Source: Octopus vulgaris (Eukaryota). Taken from it: 64,000 nt of DNA. The stretch spans positions 21,266,001 through 21,330,000 of the forward strand of contig OX597817.1 of the NCBI GenBank assembly GCA_951406725.2. Direction: 5' to 3'. The number at the start of each line of letters is the position of its first letter. Position 1 is the first letter of the stretch. Both the position numbers and the translations under genes were made by a program. The notes beneath the pieces were generated by a model that saw nothing but the letters and a program-made list of their open reading frames with translations, was not told the origin of the DNA and searched no databases. Positions 22,676 to 37,326 of the stretch are shown here, piece by piece.

Positions 22676-23668
22676 TTACATATATGTTATACATCAAACA
22701 TTTCAATTAAGATAGATGTTTGATATATTACGATAACTGCAATCAGTTGTTTCAACTTAAGAAATGGCTGATAGAAATATTAATACAAAAGCGATTTCTG
22801 AATATGTAATATCCTAGATGCTTAGCATCACCTACGTGCAGAATAGTGAGAAATACAATAATTGTTGGTATTAATATGTACAATTTCATGAAGCACAACT
22901 TCACACCTCCTTATGTATGATAGTGTGTAAATATAATTGCATGTGTATACACACACATACACACAAACTCACATACACATATAGGTAAACTCATTCGCAC
23001 ACACACATGTTTACTCACTCACGCACAACACTATATGTATATGTGACTGTGTATATATGTATACATTTGTGTGCGTGTTTGTGTATGTGTGTGTATGTGT
23101 CTGTGATTGCCTGCCTGCCTGTGTGAGCGCGAGGGCCTATTTATATATCTATCTATCTATGTTTTCCTTGGGACTGGCCAGATTAGAGCAATCTCAAGAT
23201 TAATCAACTGAAATTGCGAGGATGATCTGGTTCTTGACTGAAGATTGAAAGCTTCGAATGACCCGGCCTTGTTTTCTTGGTATCGTCTATCTGGATGTTT
23301 TGACGTCCCTTTTTGTATTATATATATATATATATATATATATATTAGGTGAAATGAGGTACTCAGAAGATCGGATGGCTTATATTTACAGATATTTATT
23401 TATATATTACATTTTTTATATATATATCATATCACTTAGATCATTAGCGCTTTCTCCCATTCTAGTGTGGTTTTCAAATCAAACTAAGTTCCTGTGTGAG
23501 GAATTTTGATCATTTTATAGAGTTTCGTAGTGGTGGGGAGGAATATAAGACAGTACAATTGGATGATGGATGAGGAGAAAGTGAGAGAGAGAGAGAACAT
23601 GTATGTATGTGTGTGTGTGTGCGTGTGCTAAAGAGAAAGGGGGGAAGGGAGAGGGAAGAAGAAGAAAA

Positions 23669-23705
<37 letters not shown>

Positions 23706-23711
23706 TGTCTA

Positions 23712-24122
23712 CAGGCATAGAGGTAGCGTTTAAAAAGTTAGCTTTCGAACAAATTTGCTTCCCAATGTCCTACTGCGAGGCATCTTGGTCAACAATCATC
23801 TGCTGGACTCTGGCGCAAACCAGACTCTGAGTGTGGGTTTGGTAGATGGAAACCTGAAAGAAACCAGTCCCATGTGTGTTTACGGGAAAGCACAAGGTGC
23901 GCTCGCATACGTTTGTTTGTGTATTTGCGTGTGTTTTTGTTTTCTTTGTCTGTCTCGAAACAACTATCGACCATTGTGTTGGTGTGTTTACGTCCACGTA
24001 GCCTAGGTGTTCATGAAATGTGATTGATAATTGCGGGGGTCGATAGGGTCTGTCAAAATTCTCCAAGATCTTTCACACAGAATGGCCGTAGTCGATATAC
24101 TGAAACAAGTAAAAGATGAAAG
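23712..24122 (+). mobile_element. SINE family C, degenerate
   Basis: ggcatcttgg..., gagtgtgggtttggtagatggaaacctgaaagaaacc, ggtgtgtttacgtcc and ctgaaacaagtaaaagat are collinear with 29638-30055. Confidence 0.7.
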
Positions 24123-24645
24123 AATCGTATGCACACACACACACACTTACACACAGACATGCATACACCTTGTCTTTGCTTGGAATATTAGCCTGTGTTC
24201 TGCATGTCAAAACATCACATAGTTTGTGACAAATGGCTACGTTTATCAAGCGATGTGAGACAAAACCACAGGCTGTCACACGCACAAGTATCCGTACACG
24301 CGACCTAACTTTTATGCGTTTCAGCGAGCGTGTGTATGTATATGCGTGTGTATATTTTTATACGCGCAAACATGAATATGCACAGCAACAAAGCACATGC
24401 ATACATAAATGCATGTATGTGAGTGTGCGGGTATAATTTTATGTATATATGTGTATGTGTGTAAATACCTGCGCGCGTGTGTGATTGTGCACACATATAA
24501 CTATACAACTGTTTCCATTATGGTCATGTAAAGTCTGTCGGCACCATCTCTCTGTCACACTGTCTCTCTCCATGTCTGTCTGTTTGCCTCTCTTCTCCTT
24601 TCTCTCTCTTTCTCTATCATTTTATATATATATATGTATATATGA

Positions 24646-24704
<59 letters not shown>

Positions 24705-25453
24705 TATATGTATGTATGTATGCATGTATACGTGCGTCGTTATGGACAAACTAGTATAAGTAGACAGCTAGAGAAAGAGAGAGAGAGAGAGAGAGAGAGG
24801 AAGAGAAAGGGAGAACTTTAGATAGATTTATAGGTAGTTACATACAAATTTGATTGTTGACTGTTTCCATTGGTATATACACATAGAAACAAGTAGTTAA
24901 GGTTTTAACACAATTACGGTCTAGGGAAATATAGAAGTTTAGGTTGGTGACTAACTATATATCTGCAGGGATGTACAAGATGTATATTGATAATTAAAGA
25001 CCAACACAGATATACATATAGACATATTTCAGAGATGATTTTAACATATATGTCATAACTTAAGTTATTGGAATTTATATTCTAATTTAATATTGTGAGA
25101 GCAAAACTGCTAACAAGAAAATGCAGTCAACATGCGAAATAAGTAGGTTTCTAATATACTGGTGCGTTAGGATATTAACGGAGAATGTAGATAAAACTCA
25201 CAAAAAAAAGTTTTTCGCACAGCATGTTACATACAAGAAGATTGAAAGATCTTTCAGGTTTTAGGTCTCAGGTGTATGAATAACAGATTATATACTTAGT
25301 CAAACATCGCTGTTGAGTTCTCGATTAAGTTTTCTACGTAGCTGCCTGCATATCTATTCACATAAGTATATATATATATATATGCGTGTGTCTATCTCTG
25401 TGTGTATGGATGGATGTAGCTGTCTATGTATGTATCTATCTCTAAATTCGATT

Positions 25454-25488
<35 letters not shown>

Positions 25489-25510
25489 ATATATATATAC
25501 ATATACATAT

Positions 25511-25573
<63 letters not shown>

Positions 25574-25717
25574 TAGATAGACAGATAGATTGATATAGAT
25601 AGAAAGATAAATAGGTATACATATATGTACCTATATATGAATATATGTATATATGTTTATACTTATTTATATATGTAGATATACATATAATATATATATA
25701 TATATATGTATGTATGA

Positions 25718-25767
<50 letters not shown>

Positions 25768-26507
25768 TTATTTATATATGTATACATAAATCTACATATG
25801 TCACTATGTACCGAAATGGATCACGCATCGACAAACTTTTGTCGATACACAGGGACGAAATCGCAATGATATCAGGACTAAAATGTCCTGAAGGGTTTCA
25901 GTAAAAAGTATCAAGAATATCATTTAATTTCAGCATCGGAAAACAAACTACGTAACATTGAAAACCTTGAGGTATTTGACTCAGTACGTTGACTAAAGAT
26001 CTTATATGAATTTGGTCATTGCGAATGTGCACATTTCTTTCGAGATCTGAATGTATGTCTCTACAAGAACATGTGACTAAACACAGCCCTATTCATTCCT
26101 ACCCAAATACAAACACACACACACACACACAAACAAACAATCACAGACACACACAAACTCAAACATACAAATATACATAAAAAAGCACTTGCATATACAC
26201 AAAAACACACAGAGAAACACACACACACATGTATATATGGTTTTCTCCATTTTTATATATAAATAATATTTCAGGAGGATTTCTATACGTTTATACGAGC
26301 GCATGTTGTGTGTGTGTGTGTGCATACGCAAGCAAACACACGTTCATATATTTACATCAATATATATATATATATATACGCAAACGCATTTACATATATA
26401 TTTTAATATGGATAGATAGATAGATACATACATATAGATATAAATATATTCATATATATAGATATATGTATGTATATACATATATACGTAAGTATGAGTA
26501 TATATAT

Positions 26508-26572
<65 letters not shown>

Positions 26573-26795
26573 CACGTATATATATATATATATGCATATA
26601 CATATACATGGATATGTTGCTATATATATATATTTGTATATCTATATTAATCTACATTTTTCTTAACTCTCTACTTGTATGCTTATGCATATAAAGAACA
26701 TATATATATCTTTCTATCTATCTGTCTATCTATCTATCTATCTATCTATCTATCAATCTATCTTTCTCTCTCACCCTTTCTCTCTCTCTCTCTCA

Positions 26796-26838
<43 letters not shown>

Positions 26839-27020
26839 CACACACTGAAGTATATATACGTATATATATACATTAATATGAATACATATACATCTGTCTA
26901 GCTATATATTATTATTACATACATACACCTATATATTATACACCTTGATATATTTTAAACAAATATGCATTCATATGTATATATAAGCTTAAACATCATC
27001 TTAATATCTGTATCTATATA

Positions 27021-27086
<66 letters not shown>

Positions 27087-27571
27087 TTGCCGTGCACCAA
27101 ACCTATAAATATATATGCACAATTCACGTATAAATATGTTTCTGTGTTTACATCCGAGTGACTGAATTTTACTCTGAGTGTACGTACAGAAGTATATATA
27201 TACAGTATATATATATAGATTAAATGATTATGTCAAATAGCAATAATATTAAGTTGTTTAACACACGTGAAATTAAATGTGATATTCAATATGCCTCTAC
27301 ATATATATATACGTACATACATGAATACAAGCATACATACACACACACAGACACACACATACACGCACACACACACACACTCATATATATATATATTTAT
27401 ATGTATTAGCATATATGTCTGTCTATACGTGTGTATCAGCAAACACACGCACACACACGCACACACATTTATATGCATAACCATATATCTACATGAATTG
27501 TATACATGTATACCTATATATATATTTATATATTTATAATTATATATATACGTATATATTTATCTATATGA

Positions 27572-27622
<51 letters not shown>

Positions 27623-27637
27623 TATTTATTTATATGA

Positions 27638-27668
<31 letters not shown>

Positions 27669-27744
27669 TATTTACTTATATATATATCTATATTTATATA
27701 TATATATATATATATATGTATGCATATCTATATCTATATATATA

Positions 27745-27915
27745 TTATTTTACTTATTTCAGTCCATTGCCTGTTGCCATTCTGGAGTACCGCCTGTAGT
27801 TGTACAAATCGACCATTTGATATATTCTTTGTTAGCCTAGTACTTATTCCATCGGTCTTTTTTGCCGAACTGCCGAACAGCGGTTGTGAAGTGAATATGG
27901 GTGGACAAACACAAA
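27745..27915 (-). mobile_element. SINE family C 3' fragment
   Basis: ttttacttatttcagtc...ctagtacttattccatcggtcttttttgccgaac is the reverse complement of the family C tail. Confidence 0.7.
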
Positions 27916-28010
27916 CACATATATTATATAGATATACATATATATATAATGTATATATGTATATATTTATACAAACATATACATACGTATACATGTATAC
28001 ATACATATAT

Positions 28011-28044
<34 letters not shown>

Positions 28045-28428
28045 TTATATATATATATATGGGATTTGAAAATGGGGCTTGATTGGATGTTTTGTTATCT
28101 ATATATCTTTCTAAGTGTGTTTCTTCCTATATAAATCATTCATATCGTTCTTACACATACTATATGTAACAATATGAAGCCCTTTTATTCTTAAAGATAT
28201 ATTTCGCCATATCTCAAAATATATTATTTTTCACACACACTGTCACACGCGCAGTGACACACACTATATACTTTTATACTAGTATATAGAAAGGTCGATA
28301 GATGAATAGGTGGATTATATTTAATTATTCACTCCTTATCAATCACTGTTCTTTGTACGAGTTTTCAAGTCATTCTATGTCATATATACATCTATACTGA
28401 CATACATGTATATATATACATATACATC

Positions 28429-28474
<46 letters not shown>

Positions 28475-28540
28475 TATGTACATAATTATATATATATATA
28501 TATATATACGTTTATACATATGTCTGTATATATGTCTTTA

Positions 28541-28668
<128 letters not shown>

Positions 28669-29540
28669 TTATATATATATGCATGTATTTATATATATGG
28701 ACTTGTATGAGTATATTCATGTACATATTTGTTCATGTATCTTTTTATATGTTTATTTACCTATGTGCATACACAAAATTGACCTCGGTCGTAAATGTCT
28801 TTGAACAAATATGCATCTTTTTGTATAACTTTTTTTCATCATGCTGCTTTGAAAAATCATTCATGTATGGAAAATTCACACGAAATTGGCTATGATTTTG
28901 CAGTAGATTTATCCGGTTTTATGGCTACTTGAGATTATATATATTCCGCCAGGCGATGTATATTTATATCGTATAACCAACCTCGTAAAATCTTGTCTCA
29001 GTTCTTTTAATGTAGGTAATAAATAACTGATGAAAATGGTCGTTTACTCCTCCAAGTAAAATTGTGTAAGTGTTGAGTTTCCAGTATTTGCTTAATTACT
29101 ACAAACAGCAAAGAAGTTTATCTCTAAACAATTAGCAGATACAAAAGCGGCAAGACCTAGAGCATCGAACATGTATAGAAGTATTTTATGCAGAACATTT
29201 TTTTAATTACTTAATATTTAATATATTGAATTACTTCAGATCAAATTTCGAGGAAGAGATGAATTTATTTGCGTCTTACATATTAAATTCCAAGTCAATA
29301 TTGATACAGCGAAATATACGTTGGTATGTATGCAAGCGTCTCCAGCTATGAGCACCTGTATGTGTGTGTGTGTGGGGGGGTGCATGCTGGTGTATGTATT
29401 TGCCTCTGTTCGTGTGATTCAGCAGGTGAATGGACAAGCAGGTTTTCCTTCCTCTTTACATTGCACCTTCTAAATTTCTTGACATATAACTTTGCATAAC
29501 TGTACATATTGCATATCATATATATATATATATGATATAT

Positions 29541-29627
<87 letters not shown>

Positions 29628-29637
29628 TATATATGAT

Positions 29638-30055
29638 AGGCGCAGGAGTGGCTGTGTGGTAAGTAGCTTGTTTAACAACCACACGGTTCCGGGTTCAGTC
29701 CCACTGCGTGGCACCTTGGGCAAGTGTCTTCTACTATAGCCTCGGGCCGACCAAAGCCTTGTGAGTGGATTTAGTAGACGGAAACTGAAAGAAGCCCGTC
29801 GTATATATGTATATATATATATACGTGTGTATGTTTGTGTGTCTGTGTTTGTCCCCCTAGCATTGCTTGACAACCGATGCTGTGGTGTGTTTATGTCCCC
29901 GTTACCTAGCGGTTTGGCAAAAGAGACCGATAGAATAAGTACTGGGCTTACAAAGGAATAAGTCCCGGGGTCGAGTTGCTCGAGTAAAGGCGGTGCTCCA
30001 GCATGGTCGCAGTCATATGACTGAAACAAGTAAAAGATAAAAGATAATAAAAGAG
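29638..30055 (+). mobile_element. tRNA-derived SINE family C, full length, with internal (TA)/(TG) microsatellite
   Basis: A-box TGGCTGTGTGG, B-box-like GGGTTCAGTCCC, CORE-like ccttgggcaagt and a (taaaaga)n tail. Near-identical copies at 35343-35739, 45491-45952 and 53844-54270. Confidence 0.9.
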
Positions 30056-30788
30056 ATATATATGAATGTATGTTTAGTGTGTGTAGTGTGTGATGTGGTG
30101 GTAGTGGTTATGGTGGTGGTGGTGTGTGTGTGTGTGTGTATGTGTGTATGTGAGAGTATCTGCGTGTGGGCATGTGCGTGAGTGTATGTATTAGTTATAA
30201 ATTCATTTGAAATCATACACGCCTACACCGCACAGAAAAGTACATTTTGCCAGTGATAAAGTTGATAATGATTATGTTGTGCAATGATGAAAATATATGT
30301 GGGGAGTTATATGTGTATGTAGGTATGCATGTGTGTGTGTTTAGGTGTGTTAATATGTGTATAGGTGTGTGTGTGTGAGTGTGCTTGTGCGCTATTCTTA
30401 ATTTGCATATATTTATATTAATGTTGTTGGAGATAACTACCTGCCCATTAGCAATACGATATCACTACTGCCATACAACATATATCCCACAATGCAATAT
30501 GAAACAGTTATACAGAGTCAACAATCCTTATTGGAACATTAACTGATAATTGCACTCGATGGTGTCTGATAAAACATCATTGGAATTTTGTTCAGAGCTC
30601 TCCTGGCCCCCCCACCCCCTCTTTCTTTCTCTGAGAATGTTATGCCGTTCTGTAGCATTCTTTATTCTCTAATTATGTAAATACAAAAGGGACACACTTT
30701 CAAATACACACCTTTTACACCCACACACACACAGGTGTATATATGAATTTGTATATTGATCTCTTTTTATGTTCATGATTATACACAC

Positions 30789-30841
<53 letters not shown>

Positions 30842-30842
30842 C

Positions 30843-30927
<85 letters not shown>

Positions 30928-31037
30928 CTATCTATCTATCTATCTATCTATCTACCTATCTTTCTATCTATCTATCTTTCTATCTATATATCTATCTATC
31001 TATCTATCTATCTACCTATCTTTCTATCTATCTATCT
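30789..31037. repeat. (CTAT)n microsatellite with a 60-bp higher-order repeat at its end
   Basis: Direct reading; the variant tctacctatctttctatc occurs at 30951 and 31011. Confidence 0.95.
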
Positions 31038-32530
31038 TCTCAATACTAGTTGACAGCACGCTGATTTCATAAGCAGTTTGTGCGGTCTTGTGCTTCTCCT
31101 GATCTCTTCCTAACAATACTTATCATACGTTATCGTAATAAATGAACTGGTTTGGTCATTGGAGACTTCATCAAATGCATGTTCCCGAAGTGCATGATTG
31201 CGTACCTACGTGCGTGCGTGTGTGCGTCTGAGTTTGTGTATATATTGATTCATGGTTCACATCATAAACCAAGTTTGGTAAGAAGGAGCTAAGTAAAGAG
31301 TGATTGCTTGGGAAACCTTTTTCGGGAAACCGTTTATTTTGAAAGTGTTTCTGCCTTGTGCCCACAAACATAGATCTTACACTAGTAAAAAAAAAAAAAA
31401 TTTAAACATGACAATAAGTATTTAGGAAAGTAAACGCCTACGCTATACATCGAGGAATCAAAATGACGTGGGGACAAAAGGATTTTCCTATTTGATCAAC
31501 TAACAAGCACTTACAAACAAACAACCCTTAATTTACGCTTTAGAGTCTTTAAAAACGGGCAAATAGTTAATATACGTAAGTAATATGTTTCCCATGGTCA
31601 GTTTTGATTTGTGTCTCAACAATCCTCACAGCAGAAATTAGATGATCGCTACAAATAAGTACTTTGTCAGTCATGGTCTAAAACCACCCCACCACCAACA
31701 TACACAGATATGTTTGTGAATGTGTGGTCGAGAGGGCGTGTTTGTTCGCGCATTCACATATATACGCCTATGTTTGTGCATATATATATGTATGAAATAA
31801 ATGTATATATGTATGTGTGTGTGTGTTTGTGTGTGTGTGTAACTGTGTGTATATGTCTGTGTATAAGTGTGCGAATGCGTTATTATACATACACATATCT
31901 TCGCACACAGGAGAGAGAGACTTGTACGTTTCTGCGTGCGACTGTGGTTGGCGAGTGGAAGACGAAGTGCAGCGTTATACATTATATATGTCAGTATGTA
32001 ACTATTTGGCCTTACAGTCTGAGTTCGAATCCTCTTAGGTTCATTTTTCTATAAATCCTTAAGTGATCGATAAGACAAAATGAATCCTGTACTCTTTAGG
32101 TTTACCGTTCAATTTAAAAGCAGTAACTGAAATTAATTGAATAAGTATAGGAATATGTATGGAAGATGTATTTGCTTTCTCAGTCGGCGTGGAAATGTGT
32201 CGGAAGTTTGCTTTGTGTATACAACCCAGTTCTCTGTATACAGGGTGTAGGATGATATACTATGATAGTGCTAAGTTTACCGGGTCATTATTTCGACAGG
32301 AACCTTGATTCCCGTATGAAAATAAATGAAACGTCGAGGAATGTAGTGATGCCATGTAAACCGTATTCATACGGACCACATGAAGTTGTATACTGTTATT
32401 TCTCGTGATGTATCTGTCGTTCTGTGACACTGTGTTATATTTTCACCCTTACCTACCCACTGTATCTGCTTGTGTCTTTCTACACATACATATGCACATC
32501 TATTTACATGTTGATATATGTCTGTGTTTA

Positions 32531-32759
32531 AGGCGGCGAGCTGGCAGAATCGTTAGCACGCCGGGCGAAATGCTTATCGGTATTTCGTCTGCCGCTACGT
32601 TCTGAGTTCAAATTCCGCCGAGGTCGACTTTGCCTTTCATCCTTTCGGGGTCGATTAAATAAGTACCAGTTACGTACTGGGGTCGATATAATCGACTTAA
32701 TCTGTTTTGTCTGTCATTGTCCTCTCTGTGTTTAGCCCCTTGTGGGTAGTAAAGAAAGA
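32531..32759 (+). mobile_element. SINE family B, full-length monomer with 17-bp TSD
   Basis: Head aggcggcgagctggcagaatcg and B-box GAGTTCAAATTC. TSD gatatatgtctgtgttt at 32513-32529 and 32760-32776. Confidence 0.92.
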
Positions 32760-32958
32760 GATATATGTCTGTGTTTTGTGGAGAGAGAGAGAGGGAGGGG
32801 AGAGACCATGTGGGGGTAGTGGTTTCTATAATATGTATACCTAATATTAAGTTGGAATTATTTCCAATTATCACAGACATGTAAATGGTATGTAATAAAG
32901 CTAACACAGAGCAAGAATCTCAATCTTCCCATTCAAGCAATGACTACTGTGCATTAAT

Positions 32959-33337
32959 GGAGGCGCAATGGCCCAGTGGTTAGGGCAGCGGACTCGCGGT
33001 CGTAGGATCGCAGTTTCGATTCCCAGACCGGGCGTTGTGAGTGTTTATTAAGCGAAAACACCTAAAGCTCCACGAATCTCCGGCAGAGATGGTGGTGACC
33101 CCTGCTGTACTCTTTCACCACAACTTTCTCTCACTCTTACTTCCTGTTCTGTTGTACCTGTATTTCAAAGGGCCGGCCTTGTCACTCTCTGTGTCACGCT
33201 GAATATCCCCGAGAACTACGTTAAGAGTACACGTGTCTGTGGAGTGCTCAGCCACTTACACGTTAATTTCACGAGCAGGCTGTTCCGTTGATCGGATCAA
33301 CCGGAACCCTCGTCGTCATAACCGACGGAGTGCTTCC
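32959..33337 (+). mobile_element. tRNA-derived SINE family A, full length with TSD
   Basis: Matches 2874-3256. 13-bp TSD actgtgcattaat at 32946-32958 and 33338-33350. Confidence 0.92.
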
Positions 33338-34742
33338 ACTGTGCATTAATATACAGGAATATTTGTATTTCATGCGACTAAAATCCCTACACACTTTTCT
33401 GGGATCGCATATGTCTTTTATATTTTCGAGGTGAATAAATATACACGTCAGATACCGCAATCGATATTAATCTATTGTAACCATTTCCCAGCGATTCGTG
33501 GTCCAATGAAAAGCTTTGTGGTTTAGAGAGTTATATGTTAATGTTTGCCTATTTCGCCTCGCCGAAGACTTTCTTTTTGGGATAATATTTTTGCCAATAA
33601 TTTCCCCCTAATGCTCATAATTCTATTCATTAAACGCAATAATATTATATAATATGAAATATATATTTATGTGCTAGCTGGACACAAAGTGTATGCGACT
33701 GTGAGGTGTCAACAGCCTTAGTGCGAGGTACGTACAATGAGTTGGAGCTTTATTCTACCTCTTCAGAAATGTTCTAATAATATCAAGCATCAACATTCTA
33801 ACATTTTTTTTTCAATTTCATATGCTTTCACTCTCCCCGACTTAAAATATGCTTTGGACATATGTGACAGCTATAATTTCAAAATCAACGTAGTCTTGCA
33901 AGTTAGAGGCAAGTTTGTGCCTTGAAAATAGAATCGAATAACTGAAGTGCATGCTGCGGGTAAATAGATTTATGATATGGACTCCAAGTGCTCTTGCTTT
34001 TGTCAGATTTTAAAACGGAGAACCAAATAATTCTCGCATGTTTATCCAACAGATATGAAGGAGGCTAGCAGGCTTAACTGCGACGAGTCCACTTAACTTC
34101 CTTCAGGAAATTTTAATTTTGAGCCAATTAACAGATGTGAAAATAATAGTTTGAACTTTAGCAACAAGTGTCACGTAGTGGATATATATCATACTACATT
34201 GTTTAGTTTCAATATTCGATTGAATTTTTTTCGTTTGTATCTATGCTACGACTTCCATTCGGAGAAGAAAGCACGGGGAAAAATTTATACACGACCATTG
34301 CTACTCTGATTTCTCAAGTGTTGAGATGAATTACATATAAACAGACAAGTATTGTATATCATACTTTTTCTTCCATTGAACACAGGAAACAGGTTTCCTA
34401 CTTAATGTTCAAATTACTGTTGCTATCTTTCAGTCATTTTCTTTGCTGAGGTGAACTCTCTGCTCAGACGGAAGAGTGCTGGAAGAGAAACTGCCAAAAT
34501 ATTTCACTTTGAAAATTAAGCAATTCTGCCAATCCGCCGCCCAGGTCTGGCAAATTATTTATCTCTATGAAAAGATTAATAGGAATGTCCATCTGGACAG
34601 GATTAGGACTCATCGAGAGGATATTCGGAAGAAATACCTCTGTAACTACACCCTGAGTTCGCTTTATGTATATATACACTTATACACATATACGCGCACA
34701 CACATATATACATCCGTGTGCACACAGGCACAGTTATAAACA

Positions 34743-34782
<40 letters not shown>

Positions 34783-35342
34783 CAAGAGAGAGAGAGGCTT
34801 TATTAATGAGGCGCATGGGCATTAAGAACTTTTATTTTTCTCTTTCGAATATTTCCCGTGCAAGTTTACCATATATTTCTCAGATTTTATTCATTGAAAA
34901 TATGTTTTACAAGTGATTTTCTTTTCTCTTTTTTTTTTTTGCATCGAATCAGAGTATCGATAACGTACCTCACTCAGTGTACTCCACCACAATCCTCGTT
35001 AGTGATAAACATTCATTTGACTAAAAGAGAAATCAGTATACTTGTGCAGTTCATTGGCCTCCACTTGGGGGCACACATTAAGCAATTACTACTATCTACA
35101 GGTATTCGATCCTGCTGGAATGATTATCAGCAGTACTTACGCATGGCAAAACAAAAAGCTGATAAAACAAAAGGAAAGAGGATTTTTTTTCTATTGTTTC
35201 AAGTTAATATTCCCTTTACCTCTACCTGTGATATGTGCGCGCATATATGGGTATATACACATCCATATACACAGACGCACATATATGTTTAGACACACAC
35301 ATACATACTCACATACATGCATATATATATATATATATATAT

Positions 35343-35739
35343 TCTTTTATTCTATTATTCTTTTATTTGTTTCAATCATTTGGTTGCGGGCATGCTGGAG
35401 CACCACATTTAGTCGAACAAATCGATCCCAGGACTTAATTTTTCGAAGCCTAGTACTTATTCTGTCGGTCTCTTTTGCGGAACCGGTAGGTTACAGGGAC
35501 GTAAGCACACCAACCGATGGTGGGTGACAAACCCAGACACAAAGATACACACCCACACGTACATATATATATATACGACGGGCTTCTTTTAGTTTCCGTC
35601 TTCCAAATCCGCACACAGGGCTTTGGTTGGCCAGAGGCCGTAGTAAAAGACATTTGCCCAAGATGCCACACAGTGGGACTGAACCCAGAACGATGTTTTT
35701 GGTAAGCAAGATACTTACCACACAGCCCCTCCTACGCCT
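35343..35739 (-). mobile_element. SINE family C, full length
   Basis: Reverse-complement match to 29638-30055. Confidence 0.85.
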
Positions 35740-35890
35740 AGTATACATGTGTGTGTGTGTGTGTGTGTGTGTTATAGCATTTGTGTGCAGTTTGTCACCA
35801 TACACATTAAAAACGTAGTCTATTTCTGTTAAGCTAGTAGTTTTTCATTCAGTCACATCTCGTTTTATAATACAGTTCTATATTTAAGAG

Positions 35891-36096
35891 ATGAGGAATT
35901 ATGTACATTATTTACATTATTTACATTTGACGGATAGTTGTCCTCATTTTGTTTGTTGTTACCACAACGTTTCGGCTGATATATCCTCCGGCCTTCATCA
36001 TGCTAATGAACGTTGGAGGGTATACCAGCTGAAACGTTGTGTTAACAACAAACAAGATGAGGACAAATATCCGGCAATGTAAATAATGTACCTCAT
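35891..36096. mobile_element. Palindromic Penelope-like pseudo-LTR derivative with two hammerhead-like cores
   Basis: Arms 35913-36000 and 36004-36090 are imperfect inverted repeats. Each reads (C)UGAUGA-like, stem II, then GAAACGUUGUG outward from the centre. Confidence 0.65.
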
Positions 36097-36813
36097 TTTA
36101 TATTCAATATTTTCCCTTAAAATCAGGATTCAAAAGTGAATTTTGGATTCTGCTGATTTATCATGTTTACCCCGTTTGAACCTAGACGGAATGGTAATAA
36201 GAGCCGATTAGCATTGGTCTCAACTAACAAGAATATTAACTGTTCTTAGTTGCGTTATTTTGAAAATAATGTCATCTTCTACGTTTAGGCCTGACAACGT
36301 CGAACTTATCTTCTAAATTCAATTAAATATTATTGTTGAAGTTAAATATTGTTGTTTATCAATGTGAAAAGTCTAAATACACAAATAAGAGGAACTGTAT
36401 CTTTATGAGACATTAATATCAGATTATTTAGGGAAGTGAATTAGAAGAACCAATAGACGACAATATAAAATGCTTTGATATTTCTAGTTACATTCATTAT
36501 GACATAGCTGAGAGGCTTAATTTTTTCTTTTGTCTAATTATCTTGCGTTGAGAAAATATAACATTAATTTGTGGCAGGGATTCAAATGACAATTCTTTGT
36601 CAAGAAACGAGCTGCCTTGTGTCAATGCGATTAAATATTAATATTAATTCAAAACGGATCTATCATTTATGTACCCGGATCTATTAAATTTTTGCTCTAT
36701 CTATGACGAGAGTCAGCAGACAATGGGAATCAGTCATGTAAGTTTGCAAAATGAATGAAAATCAATTCCTTCTCTAGTCCCACCTAGAGGAGGAGTTTAA
36801 TCAGCGCAACAAA

Positions 36814-36880
36814 CCAATGAAATTTGTTACTGCCTTGGCCAATGATGGTGGTTAAGGCTAAGAATTATATAAGTTCCGGT
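36814..36880 (+). promoter_or_regulatory. Candidate Pol II core promoter (CCAAT, CCAAT, TATATAA, TTCCGG)
   Basis: CCAAT at 36814 and 36839, TATATAA at 36866-36872 and ETS-like TTCCGG at 36874. Motif order only; no transcript evidence. Confidence 0.3.
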
Positions 36881-37326
36881 TTCTGTTAGAGGTGACCAGA
36901 TACAAGTTGAGTACATTCTGATTATTTATTCAGTACATTAACCGTAAAAATACCTGAACATATGGATCCCTGTCTGGGAGGTAGCTATCTAACTGGGATG
37001 AACGTCTGCAGTTCTCTCGGGTTAAATACCGAGGATGTTTAAATCGATGACACTTTGCATTAGAAAATATATATTGGTTTCGAGTCCCACTTCTTCAGTT
37101 AATTTGTGCCTACATGGAATATATTAGATATCCACGTGACGAACTAAAAATATCAGTCGAATTCCTTCATGGCAATTGCTTAAAATCATATCTTAACAAT
37201 CTATAGGAAACACCAGTCAAGGTAATCCTAGAATCCTAGAGACACCAAAATATGAAAGGGATTTCCACGACTAGAACGCATTTGGTGATAGCTCGATTGA
37301 TCGATTATTGTTCTATGGCAAGTTAA

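Noticed and set aside
36962-37042. MDPC... start reminiscent of metallothionein
   Set aside because: There is no CxC pattern, I saw no TGCRCNC metal-response element nearby, and no Cys-rich downstream exon is identifiable.
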